A stretch of DNA of 64,000 nt from Francisella tularensis subsp. holarctica (GTDB taxonomy: Bacteria > Pseudomonadota > Gammaproteobacteria > Francisellales > CACEW01): assembly GCA_945860585.1 (NCBI GenBank), contig CAMARA010000002.1:10643-74642 (forward strand). Reading direction: 5' to 3'. This document shows, one piece after another, positions 29,544-38,295 of this stretch. The notes beneath the pieces are model-generated. The model made no database searches, had not been told where the DNA came from, and saw only the letters and a list, made by a program, of their open reading frames with translations. The stretch's first letter is position 1; each line of letters opens with the position of its first letter. The translations under genes and the position numbers were made by a program.

Positions 29544-30404
29544 ATGGACACAAAAGCGCATTATACGATTGTGGGGCTGATGGTGGTGATTCTGGGAGCG
29601 GCGATTGCTGCAGCCATCTTTTGGTTGACTGTAGGTCTTGATCGTCCGGTGTATAATACATTTTTAGTGTATATGGATCAATCGGTCAGCGGGCTGAGTG
29701 TGGAGGCGCCGGTGCGTTATAATGGGGTGACGGTGGGTTATGTCAAGACTATGGATTTAAATCCCAAAAATGCACAGGAAGTCATCGTCAGCCTGGAAAT
29801 TAAAGAAGGTGCGCCGATCACGACCAGCACCATTGCTACGCTCACATCACAGGGGATTACGGGGATTGCGTATATTGATCTGAGTGCAAAAACAGCGAAT
29901 GCTCCTTTGCTGAAAACGCGCGAAGACCCACCTTTTCCCGTTATTCCTACCGAGCCGTCGCTACTGGTGCAATTAAGCAGTTTGGTAAAAGATGCCTCGG
30001 TGCAGTTTCATGGGGTGTCGACGTCGGTGCAAACCGTTTTAGATGCTGAAAATGCAGCGAATATCAGGCAGATTTTGATTAATTTGAATGCGGTAACCAA
30101 AAATCTGGCCGCTAATGAGGCCCAGTTTAATCAGATGGTTCAATCGAGCGCTCAATTGATGAGTAATGCCGCAGTGGCCAGTGCGCAATTGCCGGATTTG
30201 GTCAAAAATCTCAATCAAAGTGCCATGAGTTTAAATCAAGCGGCGGGCTTGGCGCGTGCGGGGATGATTCCAGCCGTGTCTTTATTGAATCATCTGGATA
30301 CGATTTCTGGCAATATAGAAGTGTTTTCAGAAGAGTTAAAAGAAAATCCAGCCATTTTGCTGCGGGGTAAAGCAGAGGGGCCATTGGGTCCGGGAGAGAA
30401 ATAG
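29544..30404 (+). CDS. MCE-domain protein with a long helical C-terminal region
   Basis: N-terminal TM segment and an MCE domain (GLSVEAPVRYNGVTVGYV). Confidence 0.8.
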   Translation: MDTKAHYTIVGLMVVILGAAIAAAIFWLTVGLDRPVYNTFLVYMDQSVSGLSVEAPVRYNGVTVGYVKTMDLNPKNAQEVIVSLEIKEGAPITTSTIATLTSQGITGIAYIDLSAKTANAPLLKTREDPPFPVIPTEPSLLVQLSSLVKDASVQFHGVSTSVQTVLDAENAANIRQILINLNAVTKNLAANEAQFNQMVQSSAQLMSNAAVASAQLPDLVKNLNQSAMSLNQAAGLARAGMIPAVSLLNHLDTISGNIEVFSEELKENPAILLRGKAEGPLGPGEK

Positions 30405-30405
30405 C

Positions 30406-31020
30406 ATGAAAGTTCAACAAAATTTGCTCGTAGTCGCTTTAGGTCTCAGCCTGAGTGCCTGTTCATTAAGTTCGGTCAAAGTGCCGAATGCGAATACCTA
30501 TGTTTTGACGGATGTTGCCAGCCAGTCATCTATTTCCCCTGTCACTAAGCCTCATGGGGCCTTAACCGTGATGCCCGTAGTCGCCAGTCGCGGCTTTGAT
30601 AGCACTGCCATGATGTATCAGACCACGCCGTATCAATTGACCGCATTTTCGCAAAATAGTTGGGCGGCCCCTCCCGCTAATATGATCACCCCACTGATGT
30701 TGAAAAGCCTGCAGCAGAGTCAGCTTTTTAATGCCGTGATCGCGGGCCCGACGATGAATAATACACAATACGGTTTAAGCACGACCCTCCTGGCGTTATA
30801 TCAGGATTTTACCGTCAAACCGAGCCAGATTGTGTTGAGCCTGGATCTGAGTGTAGGCAATAATCAAAGCAATCAAGTCATCGCCGATCGCATCATCACC
30901 GTTCGCGTCAACGCCAATCAAGAGACGCCCTATGCCGGCGTCATCGCTGCCAATGCTGCATTAAGTCAGGCTTTGGAAGATAGTGTGCAATTTGTCAGTG
31001 CTGCGGTGAGTGGGTCCTGA
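30406..31020 (+). CDS. ABC-type transport auxiliary lipoprotein (DUF330/PqiC-like)
   Basis: Lipobox LSLSAC, suitable size, and a position downstream of an MCE gene. Confidence 0.65.
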   Translation: MKVQQNLLVVALGLSLSACSLSSVKVPNANTYVLTDVASQSSISPVTKPHGALTVMPVVASRGFDSTAMMYQTTPYQLTAFSQNSWAAPPANMITPLMLKSLQQSQLFNAVIAGPTMNNTQYGLSTTLLALYQDFTVKPSQIVLSLDLSVGNNQSNQVIADRIITVRVNANQETPYAGVIAANAALSQALEDSVQFVSAAVSGS

Positions 31021-31026
31021 TTTTAA

Positions 31027-31057
31027 GCTCCCTCCCCCTCGATGGGGGAGGGGATTG
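31027..31057. repeat. REP-like palindromic element, copy 4 (truncated)
   Basis: GCTCCCTCCCCCTCGATGGGGGAGGGGATTG lies between convergent genes. Confidence 0.7.
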
Positions 31058-31078
31058 TTAGATGCGTTTCACTTACTT

Positions 31079-32572
31079 CTAAGCCCGATAACTGAGGGCT
31101 TCGGAAAGATGCGGCATGTTGATTTGCGTGGAGTTGTCGAGATCAGCGATGGTGCGGGCGATGCGCATGAGTCGATGCGTGGCGCGGGGTGAGAGTTGTA
31201 GATCACGCATAGCGGAGAGAAGAATTTTCTGCTCTGCGGCTTGGAGGGTGCAGTGTTCCTCCAGGGCTTTATTTTTGAGTTGGGCATTGATGACGCCCTG
31301 GCGTTGTAATTGGAGTTGACGGCAGGCGATGACGCGTTTTTGAATGGCGCTACTGGTTTCGCTGGGGGTTTTGGGTTTTTCGAGGAGCTCTTCATAATCC
31401 ATGTCGCCCAGGCGGACGTGGAGATCAATGCGGTCTAAAAACGGGCCGGAGAGTTTATTCTGATAGCGAATTACCTGTTCAGGTTTGCAGCGACAGGCGC
31501 GGCGACTGGAGCCGGCATAGCCGCAGGGACAGGGGTTCATGGCGGCAATCAGTTGAAAGTCTGCTGGAAATTCAATTTGATCCCGCGCCCGTGATAGATG
31601 AATGACGCCGGTTTCAAGCGGTTCACGCAGGACTTCTAAGACTTTGCGGTCGAATTCCGGGAGCTCATCTAAAAACAATACACCTTTGTGGGCCAGCGAG
31701 ATTTCGCCTGGTTTGGGAATGCTGCCGCCGCCCACCAGGGCAACGCCGGAACTGGTGTGGTGCGGACGCCGAAATGGCCGCTGATAAAAAGCAGCGGGTG
31801 AGAGTTTGTGGCCGCGGATGGAATACAGGCTGGCCGCTTCGATGGCTTCAGTATCGGTCATCGGGGGGAGAATGCCCGGCAGTCTCGAGGCGAGCATGGT
31901 TTTGCCGGTGCCGGGAGGGCCTTGCATCAGCAGATGATGTCCGCCTGCTGCAGCAATAATCAAAGCCCGTTTGGCTTGCGTCTGACCGATAATGTCGGCA
32001 AGATCTTCTGCCTCCGGATCAGTATAGGTCGGCGCAATATAGTCCCAGAGTGGCAAGGGGTTGTGCCCCTGCATATGCGCGCAGACTTCTAATAAAGTGG
32101 AGGCGGGATAGAGTTGAATCCCTTGAATCAGCCCGGCATCTTGACAATTATAGTAGGGCAGGACTGCGCTTTTTTGAGATTGGGCACAGGCATAGGCAAA
32201 AGGAAGCGCCGCCTGGATCGGGCGAATTTCGCCATTCAACGCCAGTTCTCCTGCAAATTCATAGTCCTCAAGTAAATGGCCTTTGATTTGCATGCTGGCG
32301 ATTAAAATTCCGAGCGCAATCGGCAGATCAAAGCGTCCGCCTTCTTTGGGAATGTCCGCCGGCGCGAGATTCACAGTGATGCGTCCATCCGGAAATTCAA
32401 ACTGACTGTTCAAAATCGCACTTCTGACGCGTTCACGGCTTTCTTTAACGACGGTTTCCGGTAAACCCACCATCGCAAAACAGGGTAAACCATTCGAGAG
32501 ATGCACCTCGACGGTGACGGGAATGGCTTGCATGCCCGATTGTACCCGTGTTTTCACGATGGCGAGATTCAT
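31079..32572 (-). CDS. comM: Mg-chelatase-like AAA+ protein ComM/YifB
   Basis: Lon-like N-domain, Walker A GPPGTGKTM and a C-terminal ChlI domain. Confidence 0.9.
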   Translation of the reverse strand: MNLAIVKTRVQSGMQAIPVTVEVHLSNGLPCFAMVGLPETVVKESRERVRSAILNSQFEFPDGRITVNLAPADIPKEGGRFDLPIALGILIASMQIKGHLLEDYEFAGELALNGEIRPIQAALPFAYACAQSQKSAVLPYYNCQDAGLIQGIQLYPASTLLEVCAHMQGHNPLPLWDYIAPTYTDPEAEDLADIIGQTQAKRALIIAAAGGHHLLMQGPPGTGKTMLASRLPGILPPMTDTEAIEAASLYSIRGHKLSPAAFYQRPFRRPHHTSSGVALVGGGSIPKPGEISLAHKGVLFLDELPEFDRKVLEVLREPLETGVIHLSRARDQIEFPADFQLIAAMNPCPCGYAGSSRRACRCKPEQVIRYQNKLSGPFLDRIDLHVRLGDMDYEELLEKPKTPSETSSAIQKRVIACRQLQLQRQGVINAQLKNKALEEHCTLQAAEQKILLSAMRDLQLSPRATHRLMRIARTIADLDNSTQINMPHLSEALSYRA

Positions 32573-32844
32573 GATTTGTGCTGATCCTCAAAGTTTTTTA
32601 GGCGCTGTTCCATTTCCTCAACCCGGGTTTGGAGGCGCTCTAATAATCCCAGGTGTTTTTCGAATTCAGACTGGGTGATGATGTGGCAGCCGAGCAGCGC
32701 TTTTTCGAGCACCGTTTTAGCCTGCGCGCTCCACTCGTCTTTGTATTGCTTGAGTTGTTCCGGAATGCATTCGCTGATCTTCGTGACGAAGCGTTCCAGA
32801 ATTTCTTTTTTGTTGTCGATCATGTTTTTCTCCTGTTGGTGCAT
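32569..32844 (-). CDS. ubiK: Ubiquinone biosynthesis accessory factor UbiK (YqiC/BMFP)
   Basis: A 91-aa coiled-coil protein with the YqiC-like pattern (..V.T..EF......L..L..R...LE.RL..LE). Confidence 0.65.
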   Translation of the reverse strand: MHQQEKNMIDNKKEILERFVTKISECIPEQLKQYKDEWSAQAKTVLEKALLGCHIITQSEFEKHLGLLERLQTRVEEMEQRLKNFEDQHKS

Positions 32845-32859
32845 AATAAATACTGTTTT

Positions 32860-34101
32860 CTAAAAAGTCAACTGTTTGAGAAACTTTATTTTCTCTTGAA
32901 TCTGTTTTTCGAGGCCGCGTTCCGTGGGCTGATAATAAGGCGCAGTGATCTGTATGCCATCGGGAACATAACGCACCCCGGCGGCATAGGCATGCGGTTC
33001 ATCATGGGGATAGCGATAGTGCTGGGGTTTATTGCGGAGATGGGCGGGAACGTCCAGTGAGCCATGACTTTTGACGGCGGTCTCTGCTGCTTTATGTGCG
33101 AGATAGACGGCATTACTTTTGGGGGCAATCGCCAGATAAATAACCGCCTGCGAGAGGGCGAGCTCGCCTTCGGGAATGCCCAGTCGCTCAACAATCTGCC
33201 AGGCGTGAAGGGTCATTTCCAAGGCGCGGGGATCAGCAAGACCAATGTCCTCACTCGCCATGCGAATCAATCTTCGTGCAATATAGAGGGGGTCGCAGCC
33301 TGAGCTCAGCATGCGGATCATCCAATATAAGGCCGCATCTGGATCAGAGCCGCGGATCGATTTATGCAGGGCAGAAATCAAGTCGTAAAAATAGTCGCCC
33401 CCTTTGTCAAAGCGATGAATGGTCTCGCCTAAAACTGACAAAATAATATCTTTCGACAGCATGCCATCGGGAGCAAGGCCGCCGCACATCTCCACTAAAT
33501 TCAAGAGTTGGCGGGCATCTCCATCTGCAGCAGCAATGAGCGTGGCCGTTTCGTCGGGCATAATCTTCAAGTTTTCCTGCTGGACTGCGCGTTGCAGTAA
33601 TTCTGCTAAGTCTGCAGCTTGGAGGGCTTTTAAGACATATACCCGCGCGCGCGAGAGCAGTGCATTATTTAAAGAAAAAGCAGGGTTCTCAGTGGTGGCC
33701 CCAATCAGCGTAATCAGGCCGCTTTCCAGTGCCGGCAAAAAAGCATCCTGCTGGGACTTGTTAAAGCGATGGATTTCATCCACAAATAAAACCGTTGCTC
33801 CTTGATGTAGGCGCTGGCGTGCGGTGGCTGCATCCAAGACGGCCCGGATTTCTTTCACGCCGGATAAAACAGCAGAAATATATTCGATTTCGGCCTGAGC
33901 TTGCGTTGCCAATAAATGCGCAAGCGTGGTTTTGCCAGTGCCTGGCGGGCCCCACAGAATCATTGAATGTAAAAATCCTTGCTCAATGGCATGGGCGAGA
34001 GGTCTCCCTGGACTGAGCAAATGTTTCTGCCCGATATATTCTGCAAGGCAGGTCGGACGCATCCTCGCGGCGAGGGGGCGGGTGTCCGGCATGAGTTTCA
34101 T
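32860..34101 (-). CDS. rarA: Replication-associated recombination protein A
   Basis: LARMRP..L.E..GQ.HL N-terminus, GPPGTGKTTLA, and an MgsA C-domain (HKS.RGSD.DAALYW). Confidence 0.9.
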   Translation of the reverse strand: MKLMPDTRPLAARMRPTCLAEYIGQKHLLSPGRPLAHAIEQGFLHSMILWGPPGTGKTTLAHLLATQAQAEIEYISAVLSGVKEIRAVLDAATARQRLHQGATVLFVDEIHRFNKSQQDAFLPALESGLITLIGATTENPAFSLNNALLSRARVYVLKALQAADLAELLQRAVQQENLKIMPDETATLIAAADGDARQLLNLVEMCGGLAPDGMLSKDIILSVLGETIHRFDKGGDYFYDLISALHKSIRGSDPDAALYWMIRMLSSGCDPLYIARRLIRMASEDIGLADPRALEMTLHAWQIVERLGIPEGELALSQAVIYLAIAPKSNAVYLAHKAAETAVKSHGSLDVPAHLRNKPQHYRYPHDEPHAYAAGVRYVPDGIQITAPYYQPTERGLEKQIQEKIKFLKQLTF

Positions 34102-34219
34102 GGAGGGACTCGCTGTATTTTTATGATTTGTGATTCATTATACACCCATCGATTTAGGGCGGGTAGGCAGGTTCCTCAAAATATGCTATGCTTCTTCAAA
34201 ATCAAGCCAGGCACGATGC

Positions 34220-35524
34220 ATGTCTCATTCGATTGTCGAAATTAAACAGGTTCAGCATTCTTTCAAGAAACCAGATCAGCAGGATTTATTGGTGATTGAT
34301 GGGGTGGATTTGAGTTTGGGTGAGGGGGAGATTGTCGCACTGCTTGGGCAGTCTGGATCAGGCAAATCAACCCTGCTGCGAATTATTGCCGGTCTGATCA
34401 AGCCGACTCAAGGTGAGGTTGTGTATCAGGGCGAAAAAGTGCGGGGGCCGGCCTTGGGCATTGCCATGGTCTTTCAAAGTTTTGCTTTAATGCCCTGGTT
34501 GACGGTTTTGGAAAATGTGGAGCTGGGTCTGGAAGCGCAACGTATTCCCGCTAAAGTGCGGCGTGAGCGGGCATTGAAAGCGATTGATAAAATCGGCATG
34601 GACGGATTTGAAGGCGCGTATCCCAAAGAGCTGTCTGGCGGCATGCGTCAACGCGTAGGTTTTGCACGGGCTCTTGTGACAGAGCCGCAATTATTATTAA
34701 TGGATGAACCTTTTTCTGCCTTGGATGTTTTGACTGCAGAAAGCCTGCGCAATGATTTGATGGAATTGTGGCAAAGCGCCGATAATAAGATGAAGTCGAT
34801 TTTATTTGTCACTCACAATATCGAAGAGGCCGTATTGATTGCTGATCGGATTATTGTGTTTGGCAGCAACCCCGGCTCGATCAAAGGGGAGTTAAAAGTG
34901 GATCTCGCCCATCCACGCAATGGCCAGGATCCTGCCGTTTTACATTTAATTGATGAAGTGTATACCGTCATGACCAGTACGCGTTTGCAAGGCCTGCGCA
35001 CGAAAGCGCGGCTCAATGTGCCTGAAAAAATCGGTCTCAATCATCGTCTCCCTGATGTAGGCGTCGCGGAATTGATCGGTCTTTTGGAGGCGGTGGATGA
35101 GCTGCAGCAAAAAGGCCCGATTGATCTCCCGCATCTGGCCAATCAGGTGCGCCTCAATATCGATGATCTCTTCCCTGTCCTGGATGCCTTGTCTTTACTG
35201 CAACTCGCCAAAGTGTCTGAAGGGGATATTGCCATGACCCGCAAAGGCAAAGAATTGCTGGACGCCGACATTATCGACAAAAAAGTCCTCTTCGCCAAAT
35301 TACTCCTAGAGTCGATCCCCTTAGCCAAACATATCTACGACGTCTTAAAAGGCGTACCCCATCACAAAGCCTCAGAGGCCCACTTTGTCGAAGATCTAGA
35401 AGAGTATTTCACCCACGAAGAAGCCGGCCGTATTTTGCAAACCCTCATTGATTGGGGTCGTTATGCAGAAATCTTCGCCTATGATTATGATTCCGGCCTC
35501 TTGCATCTTGAGGATGTGCGGTGA
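34220..35524 (+). CDS. NitT/TauT-type ABC ATP-binding protein with a ~190-aa C-terminal extra domain; no adjacent permease
   Basis: GQSGSGKST, LSGGMRQRVGFARA and LLMDEPFSALD motifs, then a long non-ABC tail. I chose the start MSHSIVEIK; the ORF is open from 34130. Confidence 0.8.
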   Translation: MSHSIVEIKQVQHSFKKPDQQDLLVIDGVDLSLGEGEIVALLGQSGSGKSTLLRIIAGLIKPTQGEVVYQGEKVRGPALGIAMVFQSFALMPWLTVLENVELGLEAQRIPAKVRRERALKAIDKIGMDGFEGAYPKELSGGMRQRVGFARALVTEPQLLLMDEPFSALDVLTAESLRNDLMELWQSADNKMKSILFVTHNIEEAVLIADRIIVFGSNPGSIKGELKVDLAHPRNGQDPAVLHLIDEVYTVMTSTRLQGLRTKARLNVPEKIGLNHRLPDVGVAELIGLLEAVDELQQKGPIDLPHLANQVRLNIDDLFPVLDALSLLQLAKVSEGDIAMTRKGKELLDADIIDKKVLFAKLLLESIPLAKHIYDVLKGVPHHKASEAHFVEDLEEYFTHEEAGRILQTLIDWGRYAEIFAYDYDSGLLHLEDVR

Positions 35525-35610
35525 ACCTAGGATTTGTCACAAAACAGCGCGGCATCACTTATGATTAATATATATTTTTAAGATTATTTTGTTGGATAAA
35601 TATATTTTTA

Positions 35611-35639
35611 TTGACTTCTTTCTCAGCATAGAGTAAAAT
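35611..35639 (+). promoter_or_regulatory. Sigma70-like promoter of the ARM-repeat gene
   Basis: TTGACT (35611-35616), 17-nt spacer, TAAAAT (35634-35639). GGAG lies 5 nt before the ATG at 35676. A 10-nt direct repeat TATATTTTTA occurs at 35571 and 35601. Confidence 0.55.
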
Positions 35640-35675
35640 TACCTCCTCAATCATCTTTGAATATTTGGAGTTTTT

Positions 35676-36815
35676 ATGCTGGCACCATCACTTGATGCTC
35701 TTGATGCTCTTGTTGCTGAGTTTAATTCTGGGGATGTTAAACAACAAGAGGCGGCTGCATTGCAGATATGTGCTTTATCTATTGACCCATCCAATCATGA
35801 AAAAATAATAAGTCGCTCTGAAATGTTTGGTGCATTATTGGTAGAGCTTGGTGTTAGCTCCGGTAGGGCTGAAATAAGAGAAATTGCTGTAAGGTTGATA
35901 TTGAATTTATTGCATGAGGAATCTAACTGTAAAAAAATAGTAGATTACTCTGGAATGCTTGATGCATTGCTGGAGGCAGCAAAGGTCGCCCCATATAGGG
36001 GACAGGTAATCCCAAGATTGGCTGTGGAGGCGATATATAAATTATCTTGTTTGCAAGTTAGTCGTGAAGTGTTAGCAAAGAAACTTGGAGTATTTGACTC
36101 ATTGCTAGTATCCTCCAACTCTTTTGATGCTGAGGCAAAAAAATGGGCTGTAGGAGCGATAGCGAATCTATTGCTTGAGGAAGACATTCGTAAAAAAGTA
36201 GGTGCTTCCTTGATAATGTGTGGCGTATTGCGGGCAGCATCCATGTTTCCTGATGTTGAAACAAAAAAATGGGCTGTCATGGCGATCTATCATTTATGTT
36301 TTGAACCATCCAATCGTAAAAAAATCAAAGCTTATCCTGGAATGCGGAAGGCATTAGAGAACGCACTTGAGTCTGATGATGTTGAGACAAAAATAATAGC
36401 TGCAGCGGTGATGCGTGAAGTGCATCCATTTTATAAAGCCTTGATGGATGTGGATTTTTATTTAAGGGAATGGTCTGTGCCCCTTGATGGCAAGTCTCTT
36501 GCAAAAAAGGCGCACTTTACGCAGGCGCTGAGTGAAATAAAGAGTGCGGGTGAATTAAGTAAGAAAACACTGCAGTCTGCTCCAGGTGGCAGTCTTGTTT
36601 CTCAAGATTACATTAATAAATTCCAGGCTGTAAATGAAAGTCTGAGGGATGTGGCGCTTCTTACAAGAAAAAAGCTTGCACAGATGTTTTATCCAGATCC
36701 AATAAAGACTTATGCTGCGTCTGTGGCAGGTGTAAGTTCGGTTTTTTATGGGAGTCACATAGATCCAAGTGGGGAGAATCCAGCAGTGTTTGATGCTAGG
36801 ACGAACCGTCTTTAA
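35676..36815 (+). CDS. Armadillo/HEAT-like repeat protein; candidate effector
   Basis: Repeating ~40-aa units: EAAALQICALSIDPSNHEKII, REIAVRLILNLLHEESNCKKIV, KKWAVGAIANLLLEEDIRKKV and KKWAVMAIYHLCFEPSNRKKI. AT-rich codon usage. Confidence 0.7.
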   Translation: MLAPSLDALDALVAEFNSGDVKQQEAAALQICALSIDPSNHEKIISRSEMFGALLVELGVSSGRAEIREIAVRLILNLLHEESNCKKIVDYSGMLDALLEAAKVAPYRGQVIPRLAVEAIYKLSCLQVSREVLAKKLGVFDSLLVSSNSFDAEAKKWAVGAIANLLLEEDIRKKVGASLIMCGVLRAASMFPDVETKKWAVMAIYHLCFEPSNRKKIKAYPGMRKALENALESDDVETKIIAAAVMREVHPFYKALMDVDFYLREWSVPLDGKSLAKKAHFTQALSEIKSAGELSKKTLQSAPGGSLVSQDYINKFQAVNESLRDVALLTRKKLAQMFYPDPIKTYAASVAGVSSVFYGSHIDPSGENPAVFDARTNRL

Positions 36816-36828
36816 GAAGCGTGAATAG

Positions 36829-36927
36829 TCGCTTCAGGCCGACGCAGCGTCAGGACTTCCAAAATGCCGGCTTGACGAATGGTCATCATGTAGAGCAGGT
36901 TCGCGATCAGGCATATGCCGGCGAGGG
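36829..36927 (-). pseudogene. Duplicated 3'-end fragment of the MFS-like gene at 37660-38295
   Basis: By hand alignment, about 94 of 100 nt match 37674-37773. The fragment has no gene body upstream. Confidence 0.7.
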
Positions 36928-37338
36928 CTATCGAAAAGGATTTATAATGTGGAGCGTTTCAACTGCTTGTCCATGTTGCATATCTTCGCTATAAAGAATT
37001 GCTGCGCCGCTTTGAATGCTGGCGCTAATAATCAAACTATCGTAAAAACTGTATTGATATTTTTTGGCAATACGGATGGCGTGCTGGATTATTTCTGGAG
37101 TGATGCCGATCACGGTCGTTGCGGCGGTCAATAAACTAATCCACTCCTGTGCCCGTTCATGGCTTAATTTCAATTTTTTTAGACAAACTTGACTGACCTC
37201 AGTGAGTACCTGGGTGGAAATGAAAGGTGTTTGATCTAGTAAATCTTGAGCAATGTTTTTTTTGTTAATATCATCGCCCAATGCATAGATGATAATATTG
37301 GAGTCCAAAAAAAAATTATCCCTCATTGGCATCTTCAC
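36928..37338 (-). CDS. PIN-domain toxin (VapC-like)
   Basis: FLDSNIIIYAL N-terminal motif, a later conserved D (FYDSLIISA), and overlap with the upstream antitoxin ORF. Confidence 0.75.
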   Translation of the reverse strand: MKMPMRDNFFLDSNIIIYALGDDINKKNIAQDLLDQTPFISTQVLTEVSQVCLKKLKLSHERAQEWISLLTAATTVIGITPEIIQHAIRIAKKYQYSFYDSLIISASIQSGAAILYSEDMQHGQAVETLHIINPFR

Positions 37339-37576
37339 GATTAAACTTGTATTGCTTCATGTTTATATGCATTGAGTTTGAGAAGTCTCGAAGTGAACGT
37401 GTGGGGCGTTTGGGTGAAATTTTTTGGTAAAAAGTTTCAATATCGATCAGTACTGCAATGGGTTGTTCTGCGCGACAGATCATGAGTGTTTCATGTTTTA
37501 AATTGACGCGGTTTAACACATTTTCAAGTGTCTTTTGTAAATCCATTGTGCTGATTTGGCAGACCATGTCGTTCAC
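37316..37576 (-). CDS. Phd/YefM-like antitoxin
   Basis: An 86-aa ORF that overlaps the PIN gene by 23 nt, with a Phd-like N-terminus (ISTMDLQKTLENVLNRV..PIAVLIDIETF). Confidence 0.6.
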   Translation of the reverse strand: MNDMVCQISTMDLQKTLENVLNRVNLKHETLMICRAEQPIAVLIDIETFYQKISPKRPTRSLRDFSNSMHINMKQYKFNREDANEG

Positions 37577-37659
37577 CTAACTAATATGATTGATACGATT
37601 GTAGCATATTTGTTGACTTAAAGGAATCGGCTCTGGCTACGAGAATTTAAAATGTGTCT

Positions 37660-38295
37660 TTAATTTGGCTGTATCGCTTCAGGCCGACGCAGGGTCAGGA
37701 CTTCTAAGATGCCGGCTTGACGAATGGTCATCATGTAGAGCAGGTTCGCGATCAGGCATACGCCGGCAAGAGCGCTTAGAATTGCAAACATGACGGTGTA
37801 ATTAAAATGGGCGACCAGAATACTGCTGAGGAGTGCGCCGGCGCCGAGGGCGATATTGTAGAAACCATTCCAGACGGCCCAGAAGAGGGCGCTTTGTTTT
37901 TGACTGAAATAGCGTTGATAGATCGCGCAAATCACGGGGCTTTGAAAGGCACCGCCGAGGCCAAGACCGATTTCGACTAAATAGAGTTGCCAAGGATGAT
38001 GCACAAAAAAATAGCCGAGATAGCTCACGAACACCATGAGTTGTGAGCTGCACATGAACCACTCGTCATTTTGATAGTAATGCTCAATTTTGCCGGCAAT
38101 CCACATAAAGACACCGATCACGATCGAGAAAATGCAAATCGCAATGCCGGCGGTCTGCAGATCGCCGCCGATTCTGAGCACAAAATCAGACCAGAGCGGG
38201 GTCATGAACGCGCCTGTGGCAATGATCAGCATATTGATTAAGATCAGGCCGTTGGTGATGTGCAGGTTTTCCTTGGATTGCTGGAAATAACTCAT
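37660..38295 (-). CDS. Six-TM MFS-like membrane protein (half-size, possibly truncated)
   Basis: 211 aa with six hydrophobic segments. The start ATG overlaps the rho stop (ATGA). Confidence 0.6.
   Translation of the reverse strand: MSYFQQSKENLHITNGLILINMLIIATGAFMTPLWSDFVLRIGGDLQTAGIAICIFSIVIGVFMWIAGKIEHYYQNDEWFMCSSQLMVFVSYLGYFFVHHPWQLYLVEIGLGLGGAFQSPVICAIYQRYFSQKQSALFWAVWNGFYNIALGAGALLSSILVAHFNYTVMFAILSALAGVCLIANLLYMMTIRQAGILEVLTLRRPEAIQPN

Noticed and set aside
35565-35581. Possible PmrA-type regulatory box (tandem TTAA half-sites) upstream of the ARM-repeat gene and the other orphan genes.
   Set aside because: The TTAA motifs at 35565 and 35578 are 13 nt apart, not the 11-nt phasing of the published Legionella/Coxiella PmrA site. 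They also lie about 30 nt upstream of the -35. Upstream regions of the 1571, 4982 and 53074 genes show TTAA pairs only at 24-nt or 5-nt spacing. In A/T-rich DNA these are expected by chance.
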